This document shows, piece by piece, positions 22,792 through 34,755 of a stretch of 64,000 bases of DNA; positions within the stretch are counted from its first letter, which is position 1; each line of letters opens with the position of its first letter. A model generated the notes under the pieces. The model was not told the DNA's origin. It saw nothing but the letters and a program-made list of their open reading frames with translations, and ran no database searches. Where the stretch lies: NCBI GenBank assembly GCA_000002445.1, contig CP000067.1:960001-1024000 (forward strand), read 5' to 3'. The DNA comes from Trypanosoma brucei. Taxonomy: Eukaryota. The translations under genes and the position numbers were made by a program.

Positions 22792-25700
22792 TGTCTATGT
22801 TTATGTCTTTCTTTTTTTTTTTTCTATTATTTTCTGCTCCTTTCTTTTATTTTCTTCTTTTTCAAAATTCTGCTGCTCAATCCTTTGCCGCGCTCCAGTC
22901 CCTTCTTTTGTGTGGGGATTCAGTTCGGTAAAGTTCAGTTCAGTTCAGTTCAGTAAAGTTCAGCGTTGATCTAAATTAGTTGATTTCTTTTCTTCTTTGC
23001 CAAATATATATATATATATATTTTCAGCTTTTCAACAGATCCCAGAGTTGAAATTCACTTTCCTCGAGCAACGTGAATGACGATGAGGGGTCCCTTCAAA
23101 AAATTTTTTCCTTTAGAAAAACCGCGTAATGTTAAACAACAACAATAATAATAATAATAGCTAACTAACTAACTGAAACTAAAAGTAAAATAAATATAAA
23201 AATATATTACTTGATTATGAGAGTGGGATGAAAAATGCCTACCTTTGTTTTTTTTTCCCTTTGATAAATAAATAAATATATATAATTATCTTTCTTTCTT
23301 GGTGTGTATATCTGCCTGCGGTATCACTGCTAAGCATTTTTTTTTGTGCCAAAAAAAAAAACAAAAAACAAAAAGGAAAGAGATCAAAAAGTAGAAACGA
23401 CAATAAATAAAGCAAATGAAAAGAAGAAAGGAGACATGCGCAACTATAATGAAGGAAAAAGGAATTAAAGAATTTTTTCTTTTGTTTGTTCATTCATGTC
23501 CAAAAGAAGGAAAGTAAAGAAAGAAAGTAAAGAAAGTAAAGAAGGAAAAAAAAAAAAGGGGCATCTCACGTCACTTTAAATATATTCATATTCATATATA
23601 AATATAAATATTAAACAAAAACAAAACGACAACACCAGCACGGCAATACAAATTTCCTCTTCCCATTGGAATAAACCGCACTCAATTGATCACCGATTTC
23701 AGCAACATCATATAACTTTTTTTTTTTGTTCCTTTTCGTTAATTTATTTACAAAATGCGGCCATTGCTTGAAATCGTATTGAGGGCAGTGACATTAAGAA
23801 GCGAAACGAAGGCAAATTTTGTTTCTTTTTTTTTTCTCGTTTTCTTTTTCTCCTAAAAGTGATAAAAAGAAAAAGAAAAAGAAAAATAAAAATAAAAAGG
23901 GCAAACACACTTTATAAGTTGTTTCACCCGCTAAATCAGAAACGTGCTTTACCGAATGTTTGGAAATATAAATATATGAAAACGCATATGTTTATGTGCT
24001 TGGGTGTTTGAGTGAGTTAACACCTACATATAAAAACGATACACAAAATAACCATCATAAATTTCTTTTTCTTTCTTTCTTCATTTTTCTTTCTTTCTTT
24101 TTAATATTTTCATTGACACTGTGGTGCTATTCCTATAAAAATAATACATAATAAATAATACATAATAAATAGACAAATATATTAACTTGAAAGTTAATTA
24201 TACCTAAAATGCAATACTCGCTTTGATGTGTTGGGAGGGATCACTTTCGTTTTGTTGATTAAATTAAATTGAATTAAATTAAATTAGATATTGTTTCGAG
24301 CGCGGAAGCGATACAAAAATACAAGGAAACCATCCGGATATGAAACGTAACAAAAATATAAATATCATTTTGAACTTGCGCGCATATTTGAAAGAAGAAG
24401 AAGAAGAAAAAAAAAAAAGAAAACTTCCCCCGCTTTCCTTTTCCCATCAACACAAAATATAAGAAGCAGTTGACGTTTATAAAATATCATTTATTTATTT
24501 ATTCATGCATGCATGCATGAGTTTATTTAATTTTTTTAAATTTTCAACACTAAAGTCGAGAAACCCAAAAAAAAAAAAACAACAACGACAACAACAAAAC
24601 AAAACAAAACAAAAAAAAAACAATTGAGTGAAGCAACTCGATTTCAGATGGGAAGGTGGAAGGGCAGGTGAGATTAAAAGGTTCCGAGAACCAAAAAAAA
24701 ACAACAACAAAAACAAACAAACAAAATGAACAGCAACAAAAATGAACAGACGAATACAAGAGAGAGAGAGAGAAAGAAAAAAAAATTGATGTTACAACAA
24801 TATTATTATTATTATTATTATCATTATTATTAATTGTGCGTATACGTACGGCTATCTACCGACTAAAATAATATATATATATAGATAGATAGATATTGAT
24901 TCATATTTATATATTTCCCCCCTTTCCCTTTTCTTCCACAAATCAAATACACACCAAATGCATTGTTGCGCTTTCAGTTTACAAATAAATAAATAAATAA
25001 ATTTTATTTACGTGCGAATTCACGCATTTATATTTATATTTGGATTTGCATTTGTGTGTGGAGCAAAAACCAAAACAATGTTCCTTTTTTTTCTTATTAT
25101 TCTTATTATCATTATGCCTCGCTCTTTCTCTTCGGACGCACATGTACTCACTCACTCACTCAGTTACTTACTTTTTATTTCTTTCTCTCTTTACAAAAAT
25201 ATAAATATATAAATAAATATAAATTAAAATATCTATTTTTTTCTTTCTTAATTTATTTTGATTTAAGAATTTATTTTCACCGAATGGCACTCAGCCGAGG
25301 ACAAACAAGACAATTAAAAGCAACACAAACAAACAAACAAAAAAAAACAAAAAAGAAACAAAGTGACTTGCGGGTATGGGCGGGTGGAGGGAAAAATAAA
25401 AGAGGAGGGGAATTATTTCGCTAAAACTTCTCCTGACGTTTAAAAAAAAAAAAAAGAAAACAACAACAAAAAAAAAACAACACCAAAGTGACGATTTCTG
25501 GCACCCGTATGAGTTGTGCGTTGCAAATGTCGATGGAATTTTTACAAGAGCAAAGAAAAAAAACAATGATATGTTCATATCCTTTATTGTTATCAATAAT
25601 ATCGAATAATATTAATAAATATTACTAAATATTATGAAAAAAAAAAGGATTTAAACTAAAACTAAAACAAAGGGAAAACAAACAAAAAGAAGTTAAAATA

Positions 25701-26611
25701 ATAAAATACTTTGAAATATAACCTTCGCAGCGGCGCATGGCAGCGAATTGCAAATGAAAGAAAGAGAAAGAAAGAGTGTGTGTGTATGGGAGACAGGGCC
25801 GCTCACTTCTATCTGCAGTTTGAATATAAATAAATAAATAAATATATATATATATATTTTCCCCTTTTTAATTTATTTTGAATTCTGTTATTTTAGTTAG
25901 TTTTTCTTTTTTTTTTTCGTTATTCTGATGGGTCGTCACCTGAAGCGATGACGATTACTCCCACACGCATACGTGACGAAAATATAAAAAAAATTGAATA
26001 TATATATATATATATTTTCTTTTTCCCTCTTTCTCAAATACGTGTATTTAATTGATTGATTAATTAATTAATTAAACGAGCGAGCGAGCGAATGAGCCAG
26101 TGTACTCATAGAGGGATGCCTGCACGGAACCCGTCTTTCCTCCCCTAATGTTATTATTTTTATTGTTATTATTATTTTTTTTTAAATAAAAAACAGAGGC
26201 AAAACAAAACCCGAAAAAAAAAAAGAAGAAAAGATTAAATAAATAGTAAAAATAAAAATAACACCCGTGCGCGCCCTCCCAAGTTTGCTACTTGAAATAT
26301 GTATCTACATTTGTTTTCAGTACTTTTGTTTTTGATTTTTTAAATAAAAATAACAAGTGATCCGTTGCCACTATTGAACCGTGCGCTGAGATAATATTTC
26401 GCGTGGGAACCACCTGTACACGCACACAAATACATGCATTAAGTATATAAAAGTATATAAAAATATGAATTTGTGTCTGTTTGTGTGTGCTTTTCGTTCC
26501 TTTCTTTTATTTTCTTTTGTTTTGTTTTGCTTCGTTTTTTTTCTTTGTTTTTTCCCTTTTCCTCTTTTTCACTCTCTCATACTTGAGTGATAGAGAGAAT
26601 ATTCCATCACA
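22792..26611. repeat. 3.8-kb AT-rich low-complexity intergenic spacer: poly(A)/poly(T), (TAAA)n, (TA)n, (GAAA)n, (CAGTT)n at 22934-22955, (ATGC)n at 24507-24520
   Basis: Seen directly. No ORF above 125 aa. Composed of homopolymers and short-period repeats without a long-period tandem unit. Confidence 0.7.
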
Positions 26612-28069
26612 CTATTTACAGCCGGAAACCAAAGCTTTTGTACGTTCACTCACTTGCCTCCATTCACAGTCAATTGGCACATTACCTTTCAACCGCTCCT
26701 GTGGAACAGCCTCCAATGCGGTGGAAAAGGCAAATGCCGCTTCGATAATTTTCTCCACCGCGCTCAAAACTTTTCCCGCGCGGTCATCTTTCCCAAGGGA
26801 AAGTTTTACATCAAGTTCCGCATTAGATTGCATTGCCCTCAAACTATAGAGAAAAGGATAAACCTTCCGTCTGCGATTACCTACAAATAAATATTCGTGA
26901 ACATTTTGAATGTGCCGACAGACCGTTTGTGAGCTACACGAGCAGCAATCCTGCAGTTTGTGTCCACCCCTCGATGCAAGAACCTTTCCAAAGTCAACCA
27001 AATGGACAACCGTTGGATCGGTTTGAGATACGACTTCAATAATGGTGGAGAGCTTGTCCTTATGCCGAAGATGTTTCGTGAAGGAAGCACAACTGTCAAT
27101 ACCTCCCAGCATTTCATGTGATGTGCGTATCACAGCCGTCGCTCCACGAAGTTTTGTTATTGCAGTGAGGCTCCGTATTTCTTCTATGCTTTCACCCAAA
27201 TGTTTATCTGGTTGATCATCTGTTATCCATGGGTGATTAAGCAGCTCGCGGGCTGAGGGCCTCTTTGCGGGGTCTCGTGTCAAGCAGCTGCGAATAAACG
27301 ATTTCCCCATGAGGGAAATGGTGTTCCATATGGGCCCACCAAAGCTCCATTTTCCATCAACGATGCGACGGAATATTTCGCGATGTGTGGCACCATAAAA
27401 CGGCATCTTTCCAGAAAGGAGAACAAATGTAATAACCCCTAACGACCATACATCGCATTTGTTGTCATACGTCCCCTTCACTGTGCCATAATAACCCACC
27501 TTAACAACCTCCGGTGCGATATATTTAGCGGTGCCGCAGCAGGCCTTACCGGGCCCGGTGCTCGCCAATCCAAAATCTGAAATGCACACGTCAGACAACC
27601 ACGAGGTGTCGTCACTATCGCGTTGGGGTCGAAGAAGAAGATTTTCCGGTTTCAGATCACGATGTATAATCCCTCGGGAATGGATATGAACTAAACCAGA
27701 AAGTACATTACGCACCAGATCAGCAGCGATCTTCTCATCGTAATGGCTAAGCTCTGCAATCCGGTCAAATACCATACCGCCACTAAGGAGATCCATAACA
27801 ATGTAAATGCTCTCTCTGGTCTCGAAGTAATCCACAAGCCGAGCAACATGCGGGTGGTTGCCGATTTGTTTCATAATGTGCACCTCCAAACTCACGCTCT
27901 GAATATCATTCGGAAGTGTCATGTTCTTGTCAACAATCTTCACAGCATACGACTCCTTAGTTATACGGTTCACACATTTGTACACCAGCGCAAACGTTCC
28001 TTTACCGATCGGAGTCCTGTCAGTCAAGTGGTACTTCCGGTAGAAGGCACTTTCTGTTGTGTATGACAT
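26612..28069 (-). CDS. Serine/threonine protein kinase, CAMK-like
   Basis: Kinase subdomains are visible: GKGTFALV...AVKIV (ATP-binding lysine), HRDLKPENLLL, DFGLA, GTAKYIAPEV, DVWSLGVI. The start was moved from the ORF start 28165 to ATG 28069 (MSYTTESAFYRKYHL...), because the 5' extension MFVWSLTCLSICLL is encoded by intergenic-looking sequence. Confidence 0.88.
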   Translation of the reverse strand: MSYTTESAFYRKYHLTDRTPIGKGTFALVYKCVNRITKESYAVKIVDKNMTLPNDIQSVSLEVHIMKQIGNHPHVARLVDYFETRESIYIVMDLLSGGMVFDRIAELSHYDEKIAADLVRNVLSGLVHIHSRGIIHRDLKPENLLLRPQRDSDDTSWLSDVCISDFGLASTGPGKACCGTAKYIAPEVVKVGYYGTVKGTYDNKCDVWSLGVITFVLLSGKMPFYGATHREIFRRIVDGKWSFGGPIWNTISLMGKSFIRSCLTRDPAKRPSARELLNHPWITDDQPDKHLGESIEEIRSLTAITKLRGATAVIRTSHEMLGGIDSCASFTKHLRHKDKLSTIIEVVSQTDPTVVHLVDFGKVLASRGGHKLQDCCSCSSQTVCRHIQNVHEYLFVGNRRRKVYPFLYSLRAMQSNAELDVKLSLGKDDRAGKVLSAVEKIIEAAFAFSTALEAVPQERLKGNVPIDCEWRQVSERTKALVSGCK

Positions 28070-28269
28070 TTCTGCGTTTCTCCTTCTTTTGTTTGTTGTG
28101 AGAGTGATATATGAATATGTAAGTAACAGACAAATAGACAAGCAAGTAAGCGACCAAACAAACAAACAAATATATATATATATATATTATGGTCTCCCTT
28201 TACGGTAAAAGTGTCACGTTTCTGTCACCGCCTTACGCGTGTCTATATGACTTAAGCCCAAGTGCCCCT

Positions 28270-28345
28270 TTTAAATAAAATGAATGAAGCGGAAGAAGGA
28301 AGGAGGGAAAAAAGATAATAATAATAATAATAGAAATAAGGTGCT
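28270..28345 (-). promoter_or_regulatory. Polypyrimidine tract on the minus strand upstream of the kinase gene, a candidate trans-splice signal
   Basis: Purine-rich on the plus strand (gaagcggaagaaggaaggagggaaaaaagataataataataataatagaaataagg), which is pyrimidine-rich on the coding minus strand. It lies about 200-280 nt upstream of ATG 28069. Confidence 0.35.
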
Positions 28346-29011
28346 TGAGTAAAGGGAGAACAGCAGCACCGCCAACGAAGTACATGCCAAACTCCCTCCC
28401 TCTAAATACGCATATTTTAAAGAATCGAAGGAGAAAAAAAAACAAACACAACAACTCCTTCTCTTGTCTCCGTTATTTTTGTTACTATCGCCGTTATATC
28501 TTGCCACTGCCTCCGTTCGGTGTGTCGTTCTTGGAGACAATACGCATGTGTAAAGACATCAATCACACACACTTTGCATTCTTTAGAACTCTTCCTCTTC
28601 CTCCTTTTTTTTTTCTTCTTCACTACTCAGTGGGCACAATAAGTGATTTTACATTCCAATCGCAGAGTCAGATACTGCAGAACCCTCCGATATTTCTTCA
28701 ATAGTGAGTCAGATCCAACAATACCACCATAATTCAAACAAAAAAAAAGAAGAAATGGAAGCAAATGTAGCATTTAATATATATATACACTTCAAATGAC
28801 CCGGAATAAATCTCATGCAAGCATTGAAGCAACAATAAAGTTATTATGAAAAGCGCAGAGAAGGAAACGCACTGCAAGCACATTTGCTTAACCCTTCTCC
28901 TTCCCGCACTGCTACGATAATCACTACACTTAAATGTGCATGCAAATAAACTACAATACGATTGAATATGCGTGTGACATATGCTGATTCATGCCGAAGC
29001 GAATTGGTTCA

Positions 29012-29419
29012 TCAACTTTCATCGATACCTTTTGAAAGGCGACGGAAGTGCGGCATTGGCGTTGCTCTTTCTTTCAATTCTTTAGGAATGGGACGTCCCT
29101 CCCACACCGTTGGTAATTCACCCGGACGCATGTTTTTAAGATAAGGCACCGCATAAGTCCCCAACCATGACCAAAACACCATAAATGCTATAAAGAATTT
29201 CCACGGGTATTCCTGCAGTTTCTTTAGACGACTACGCCACGGGAGCATTCGGTTGCGCTCCGCTTCTTCTCTATCACGGCGAAGGGATTCCATAAGATCA
29301 AACCGCTCTTTTCCAAGCTTTGCACTACTGACGGCATGATGCGTCGCGCGGCGGGGAAATTTGTGATGCCCCACACCTTTATTGCTTTGAAGCCTAATGA
29401 AAAAACGGTTTCTAAACAT
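29012..29419 (-). CDS. Small hypothetical protein with one predicted TM helix (WKFFIAFMVFWSWLGTYAVPYL), possibly a mitochondrial membrane subunit
   Basis: ORF 29012..29593. Internal ATG 29419 (MFRNRFFIRLQSNKG...) is the more plausible start. Basic N-terminus and a single hydrophobic segment; no motif recognised. Confidence 0.4.
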   Translation of the reverse strand: MFRNRFFIRLQSNKGVGHHKFPRRATHHAVSSAKLGKERFDLMESLRRDREEAERNRMLPWRSRLKKLQEYPWKFFIAFMVFWSWLGTYAVPYLKNMRPGELPTVWEGRPIPKELKERATPMPHFRRLSKGIDES

Positions 29420-29638
29420 AATAACAAAACGGGGCTCTTTGGATTCGGAAATAATCACGTGGGGAGGAGGTGCGGTTACATATATCGGTGCGTGAAGTTG
29501 TCCATGTAACACAACGCGCAAGTACAAAGCGGTCACCCGCGACGCATGAAATACGCCTCTGCAGCATACGCACCGTACCCGCGTATATGTCAATGATTAT
29601 ATTATATAGACTTCATGCTTACTATATACATATATATA

Positions 29639-29671
<33 letters not shown>

Positions 29672-30551
29672 TGTTAGCACTACAAATAAATATGCCTCAT
29701 ATTATGCACTCGTATGTACAGTCGCAGTGTGCTTTAGTCCCCGCGTCTCGGTGTGGGAGCATCTTTTTGTCTCCTTTTTCTTTCCTCTTCCTTCTACATT
29801 AAAGCCGCCACCGACTGCCGGTCATGTCACGCACACAAATTCGCGGCGAACTGATGTTAAGTAATGTGTGAGCCCCTCCTCATCTCCAAAAGTCAAAAAC
29901 AAAAGACTAAAAAACTAAACTACAAGAGAGAACCACCACCCACAAATCTTTTCAGCAATGTTCCGTTATCGTTTTATGTAAGCTCCCTTCTTCTCTTCAC
30001 TTTTATCCGTAAGTGCACGTCCCGGTTCCCTTTCGCTTTCCCGGTAAACTTCATGTCCCAAAGGGAAATATTTTGGCAGCACTCCACGTGAATAATACAT
30101 GTAATTACGCATCATAACAACGACATGATAATGATAACAATATCAACTACGACATGAACTGCGGGGATGTGAATACATTGAGGTCTTAAGGGTACTTTTC
30201 TTGAACACTTAACCCTACAAACAGAGGCCAAGTAAATATGTTAACACCAGAACAACTTCAAGGAGCCCCCCCCCAAAAAAAAATAAGAAAAAATAGAGAA
30301 AGAGAAGAGAAAAAAAAAGATATATATATGCGAGGTAGCACCCAAATCGAACGAGACCAAACAAAAAAAAATTACCTTTGTGCGGGTATGTAACAAAAAC
30401 ATTAATAGTTGTTTGCGCGCTAACAGTTTTACGTTATCCCCCGTGTTTACCCTGTAGCGACATCACGGCTCTCGTGTTTCTTTGTTTCCTTTCTTCTTTC
30501 CTTACTTCTGCTTTCTTTCTTTTTTTTTCCTTCCTCTTCTTCTTCCCTTCT

Positions 30552-31949
30552 CTACAGCGGAATGACCGACTGCTTCGTGCGAGGGTCTCTTGAGCGGTAC
30601 ATGAGGACATACGCAATGTGGGCTTCACCTGAACCCCGAAGTCGCTTCACATCCTCCTCCGAAACCGCTGCCGTGTTACTGTCATCCAACACCATCCATT
30701 GATCCGCGTATTTTCCCCAAAACACGTAATGCCCGCTGTCCGCGCTACGCCCCTTGTGAGATATAACACCACATAATTCATAATAACCGCTGTGATTCCC
30801 TACGGTAGTGTTGATTGGTTCCGCAGTGTTGGAGGCATCTTCCGCAGGTGCCGCTTCGTCATCATCCAACTTTGTTTTATTCTTTGCGGCTCGGCGACGC
30901 TCCATTTCAATATCCCGCCGCTTTAACACTCGCTTTCGCTCCACCTCCAGTTCAGGTTTGTACTCCTCCGCGCATAGCGCATGAAGGTCAAGCGTCATTG
31001 GGAAGGTAACGGGCTTCAAAATCTTTGCCTTGCTTTGAATGTCTGACCTCCAAGAGAAGCGAACCATGTGTATGAAAAGATACTCGGGCATTGCAGCGAT
31101 ACGACTGGTCCGAGTGTGAAGGGCCTCGCGCGCAAGTTTCTCCGAGTGGAGTTTAACCGTTTCATTGAAGGCCGCTTCAAGACCAGCCTCTAAAGTTTCA
31201 ATTTCTGCGTCAATATTGCACGAAAGCATGAGAAATGGGACATCATGCAATACGGGTTGGTCATCAGGATCATCCTTGCAGACCATTTTTTGCGATAGAT
31301 TTCCGGTGAAGAGTCGCTTATGTGACTCTGGTAGGCAACTGTTAATACGTTGGAGTAAGGCGTTAAGGGCCTCTTGCGAATCATGTTGCATTGGGTGACC
31401 CTTTTCATTAACTTCAGCAAATGTGGGGAAATGGGCCAACAAAATGGACCAAAGAGATGCCGGTACAACTGGATCACGTTTAGTGTCCATCGTGTTGTAG
31501 AGCTTCAGAAGTTCGCTCACTATTGGGTCATTCGCATTGAAGTTAAGTACGTCGCGCACTTCAGGAACTAATCGCAGCATTTGCACGGCTGCATTCATGT
31601 AACATGTATTCGCAATGTTTTGCAGACCGACCGCCTGTTTTTCTGCAGGATGGGAAGCAGGTGCTTGCACTGCCGAATCCTTGTTCCCAGTAGCCACAAT
31701 CGGCGTTGCTCTTACAACCTCAGCAGCGGTGCCGATGAGCATTAGCGTTTTTCCGGCCGCTACGCCAGCCGCTTCTAACGTTACCTCGTTATCATTGCAC
31801 TGAGAGGCTTTTACTCCCATAATCTTTTGACGCTCCACTGGTACCGATGTGAGTTGCTGCAACTGCTCCTTGAAACACTTAACGGTGCTTCTGAGGTCCA
31901 CCGTAAGTTCAAATGTTTCTCTACCCCATTTCACTTTAACAGGAACCAT
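30552..31949 (-). CDS. Ubiquitin carboxyl-terminal hydrolase with N-terminal ubiquitin-like domain (USP14/Ubp6-like)
   Basis: N-terminal UBL-like segment (MVPVKVKWGRETFELTVDLRSTVKCFKEQLQQLTSVPVERQKIMGV) followed by the USP Cys box (GLQNIANTCYMNAAVQ) and a His box region (GHYVFWGK...VLMY). Confidence 0.82.
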   Translation of the reverse strand: MVPVKVKWGRETFELTVDLRSTVKCFKEQLQQLTSVPVERQKIMGVKASQCNDNEVTLEAAGVAAGKTLMLIGTAAEVVRATPIVATGNKDSAVQAPASHPAEKQAVGLQNIANTCYMNAAVQMLRLVPEVRDVLNFNANDPIVSELLKLYNTMDTKRDPVVPASLWSILLAHFPTFAEVNEKGHPMQHDSQEALNALLQRINSCLPESHKRLFTGNLSQKMVCKDDPDDQPVLHDVPFLMLSCNIDAEIETLEAGLEAAFNETVKLHSEKLAREALHTRTSRIAAMPEYLFIHMVRFSWRSDIQSKAKILKPVTFPMTLDLHALCAEEYKPELEVERKRVLKRRDIEMERRRAAKNKTKLDDDEAAPAEDASNTAEPINTTVGNHSGYYELCGVISHKGRSADSGHYVFWGKYADQWMVLDDSNTAAVSEEDVKRLRGSGEAHIAYVLMYRSRDPRTKQSVIPL

Positions 31950-33045
31950 TCTGCAACTTATTTTATTTTGTTTACTTGCACTTGTTTTTCTTTTTCTTTT
32001 TCTTTTTTTTGTAAATTCTCTTTTTATTGTTTCTTTTCCCCTCTTCTTGTTGTTCGTCTTGTTCTTTTACGGGTATATCTGCTTCTCCACACCTTCTCTA
32101 TCCTCCCTTTATTTTCAGTACTAGTCGGCGTTTGCTACTTGGAGAATACGAAAATGTCTAAATGAATTTGAAGGATCCACTCACAAGAAGGAAACATGAA
32201 AGGGTAAAATAACAATAACGATGCACGTAAAGAAAGATATAAATTAAAAGTAAATAAGCTACGTCACATTGCAAAAAAAAAAACTCCACGAGGGTGCCTT
32301 TTTTTTTTTTAATTTTCCCCCTTTCCTTCTGCCTCGTCATCACTATTAACTGTCGTTGAAGGATCCGGCCTCTTTTACCTTATCTTGTTACTTTTATCTT
32401 ACCAACGCCTTTTCACACACCACCATCACAACATCGAAGTAAAACCCTCCCCCTTCAAATAGAAAAAAAAGGAAAGAACATGCTTTCATCCATTCTATGA
32501 AAATACTAAGCTGCAAAAAAAAAAATGTGTGTGCAACACGATAAAGTAGTGATAAATTCAGTTTTCACCCACTTTGTAAATGGACACAGCCAATCATGCA
32601 CAGTGTTGCAAAAGCTGTTGCGAAATCAAAGGGCCCTTCTTGGGTTCCCAAAAAGTAAAACCAACTCAGGCGCTTATTTGCGTTCACCAGTAATTGAAAA
32701 GTCAAATAAACCCCAGTACCTTCATTGATGTGCGCTATATAAAAATGTTGCATTTTATAATCCCCCCCCGATGCAACGCACGCCAGAAATACCCCCCCTT
32801 TTCCCTCCACCGAAGCGGCGAATGGTTGCACACTTCTTAATGCACACAATAAGTGATCTTCTTTACATGCATTGCAAATGGAAACTTCAGGTTGAAAATT
32901 TGAAGAAAACATCAACTGTTGTCCAAAAGTTTATTATGGCACACAGAACGAGACGTGAGCCTGCTCACTTTCTTCAAACCCTAGGTTTCCTCACACTTGC
33001 GGTATTTTCGATTCTGCGGGCAAGCGAACGGTTTTCAAACATTGA

Positions 33046-33090
33046 CACGCACACCCACACCCACACCCACACACACACACGTGCGCGCGA
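33046..33090. repeat. (CA)n/(CCCACA)n microsatellite
   Basis: Reads acacgcacacccacacccacacccacacacacacacgtgcgcgcg. Confidence 0.85.
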
Positions 33091-33460
33091 ATATAGAGGG
33101 AGAGAAGGAAAGCAGAAACGGGAAGTGTTGCATTTCCATATCGTTAGATGACGAATAATGGCCAGTATGAAAAGGATGTGAAACATCGTTTGTAACATCT
33201 GTGTAAGCTGCCCTCGATATCACCTCAACGCGTTCAAAAATGACAAAGCGTTTCATGCATGTGCCACCCGGTCGTAAGCACCACGGAATCGGATTACAAT
33301 TGTACAGTTAAGTGCATTGGAGCACCGACAACACAAGCGGTGAAAAGTTTGTCTATGCATTCATTCAGTAATTATAGGCAAAGTTGTTGAGGGATACACA
33401 TTTGAAGTCTACAGCTACGGCACAAGTCAATAAATGAAGACATTACTAGTTGCATGGGCG

Positions 33461-34429
33461 TCATGACAGAAGAAATAGTATTTGCGTCTGACACATGTGC
33501 TGTTGTTTTTCCCGCACCACTGAAACCTTCGGATCGGACGATAACATCATAAGTTGTCTCTTGAGCATAGCCAAAAGGATTTGCCGTCGACAATGCATGC
33601 CCCATGGTGTGAAGTGGAGGGACCTGTGGGTGCGCTGTGATTCATGCGCAAATCCAATAACCTCCTCTGCGGTATACGCCCCAGCGCGTGCAAACGATAA
33701 AAAGATTGGGGCCCTGTTGCTTTTTTCAACACGTATCCATGGTTGTTGCAGCTCCACACCGGCCAATGTGCACTGAAGCCCCAACTCACGAAGAACAACC
33801 ACAAGAACTGCATTCATCACTATGGCTGAGGCTTTCTTGCTGCAAACTAATGACTCGGCTGAGCACTCTTCAACAACCAACTCGCTGACTGAATACCCTC
33901 GCTCCTGTAAAACGCTGACGGCAGAACGGAGGAAAGACATGTATGATCTCCTTCGATGCACCTTAGAGACAAAGTCACTGCTTTCAAGAATCCCCCTGAT
34001 GTCCGACACGATACTTTGCAAACCACATAACGTGTTATTTACTAAAGTTGTCATATCACCATCACCTTTCGCTTCTGGGACTCCTGCGAGCCGCAGGGCC
34101 GCGCTCACTATGGCGATTCCTTCAAGTAGCTCACATTCGCCCTTTCGTGTGTACGCATCCCATAGGGCAAGCACCTCTAAATCAAGAACAGAATCAGTGA
34201 CGTCCTTGACAAAGTGAAAGCCATTCGTTACATTGCATGCCTTTAACGGTGTTTCCTCAAATACTTTACGTGCAATGGAACTGAGCCCGTCACCTTCTCC
34301 AACAACGTAGGCTGTAGGAAGGTACTCAGCATAGCGGTCCAAGGCTATGCGACCTGCACCCATCCGCGTAATCATCACAACTTTCTTGAGGACATGTCTA
34401 TACAGTGTTGGTATCACCCGTTTCTCCAT
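33461..34429 (-). CDS. Conserved-looking hypothetical protein, 322 aa
   Basis: Long ORF in the gene run with non-repetitive, globular-like composition. No family recognised by eye. Confidence 0.55.
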   Translation of the reverse strand: MEKRVIPTLYRHVLKKVVMITRMGAGRIALDRYAEYLPTAYVVGEGDGLSSIARKVFEETPLKACNVTNGFHFVKDVTDSVLDLEVLALWDAYTRKGECELLEGIAIVSAALRLAGVPEAKGDGDMTTLVNNTLCGLQSIVSDIRGILESSDFVSKVHRRRSYMSFLRSAVSVLQERGYSVSELVVEECSAESLVCSKKASAIVMNAVLVVVLRELGLQCTLAGVELQQPWIRVEKSNRAPIFLSFARAGAYTAEEVIGFAHESQRTHRSLHFTPWGMHCRRQILLAMLKRQLMMLSSDPKVSVVREKQQHMCQTQILFLLS

Positions 34430-34755
34430 CGGGCTTCATTCTTTTTTTTTTTGATGTTGATTTTGTTTGATATACAAGAAATCATCGAGGCCCCCACAAA
34501 GCGTGAAGGAGGTGAGAACCAACCGATGAAGAGAGAGAGAGGGGGGGGGGGGGAAATCAACAAAGAAAGAAGAAAAAAAAAATGCTAACATCCAATCGGA
34601 AACATTGAACAATGTCATTTTGTCCTTTAACACAGAAATCAGTAAAATAGCATGTATATTTCTAACACTTACGGCAAGTAAATGGGAAAGATTTTATCAA
34701 ATCCGTAACGACAACTTACAGAATCCTTACAATCACTTAATTATCCATAACATGG

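Noticed and set aside
22792-26611. AT-rich block considered as a centromeric satellite
   Set aside because: Composed of homopolymers and 2-6-bp repeats without any long-period (about 100-200 bp) tandem unit, and it lies inside a same-strand gene run.
28070-28165. 5' extension of the kinase ORF (MFVWSLTCLSICLLLTYSYITLTTNKRRRNAE)
   Set aside because: Encoded by low-complexity, intergenic-looking sequence upstream of a canonical kinase N-terminus beginning MSYTTESAFYRKYHL.
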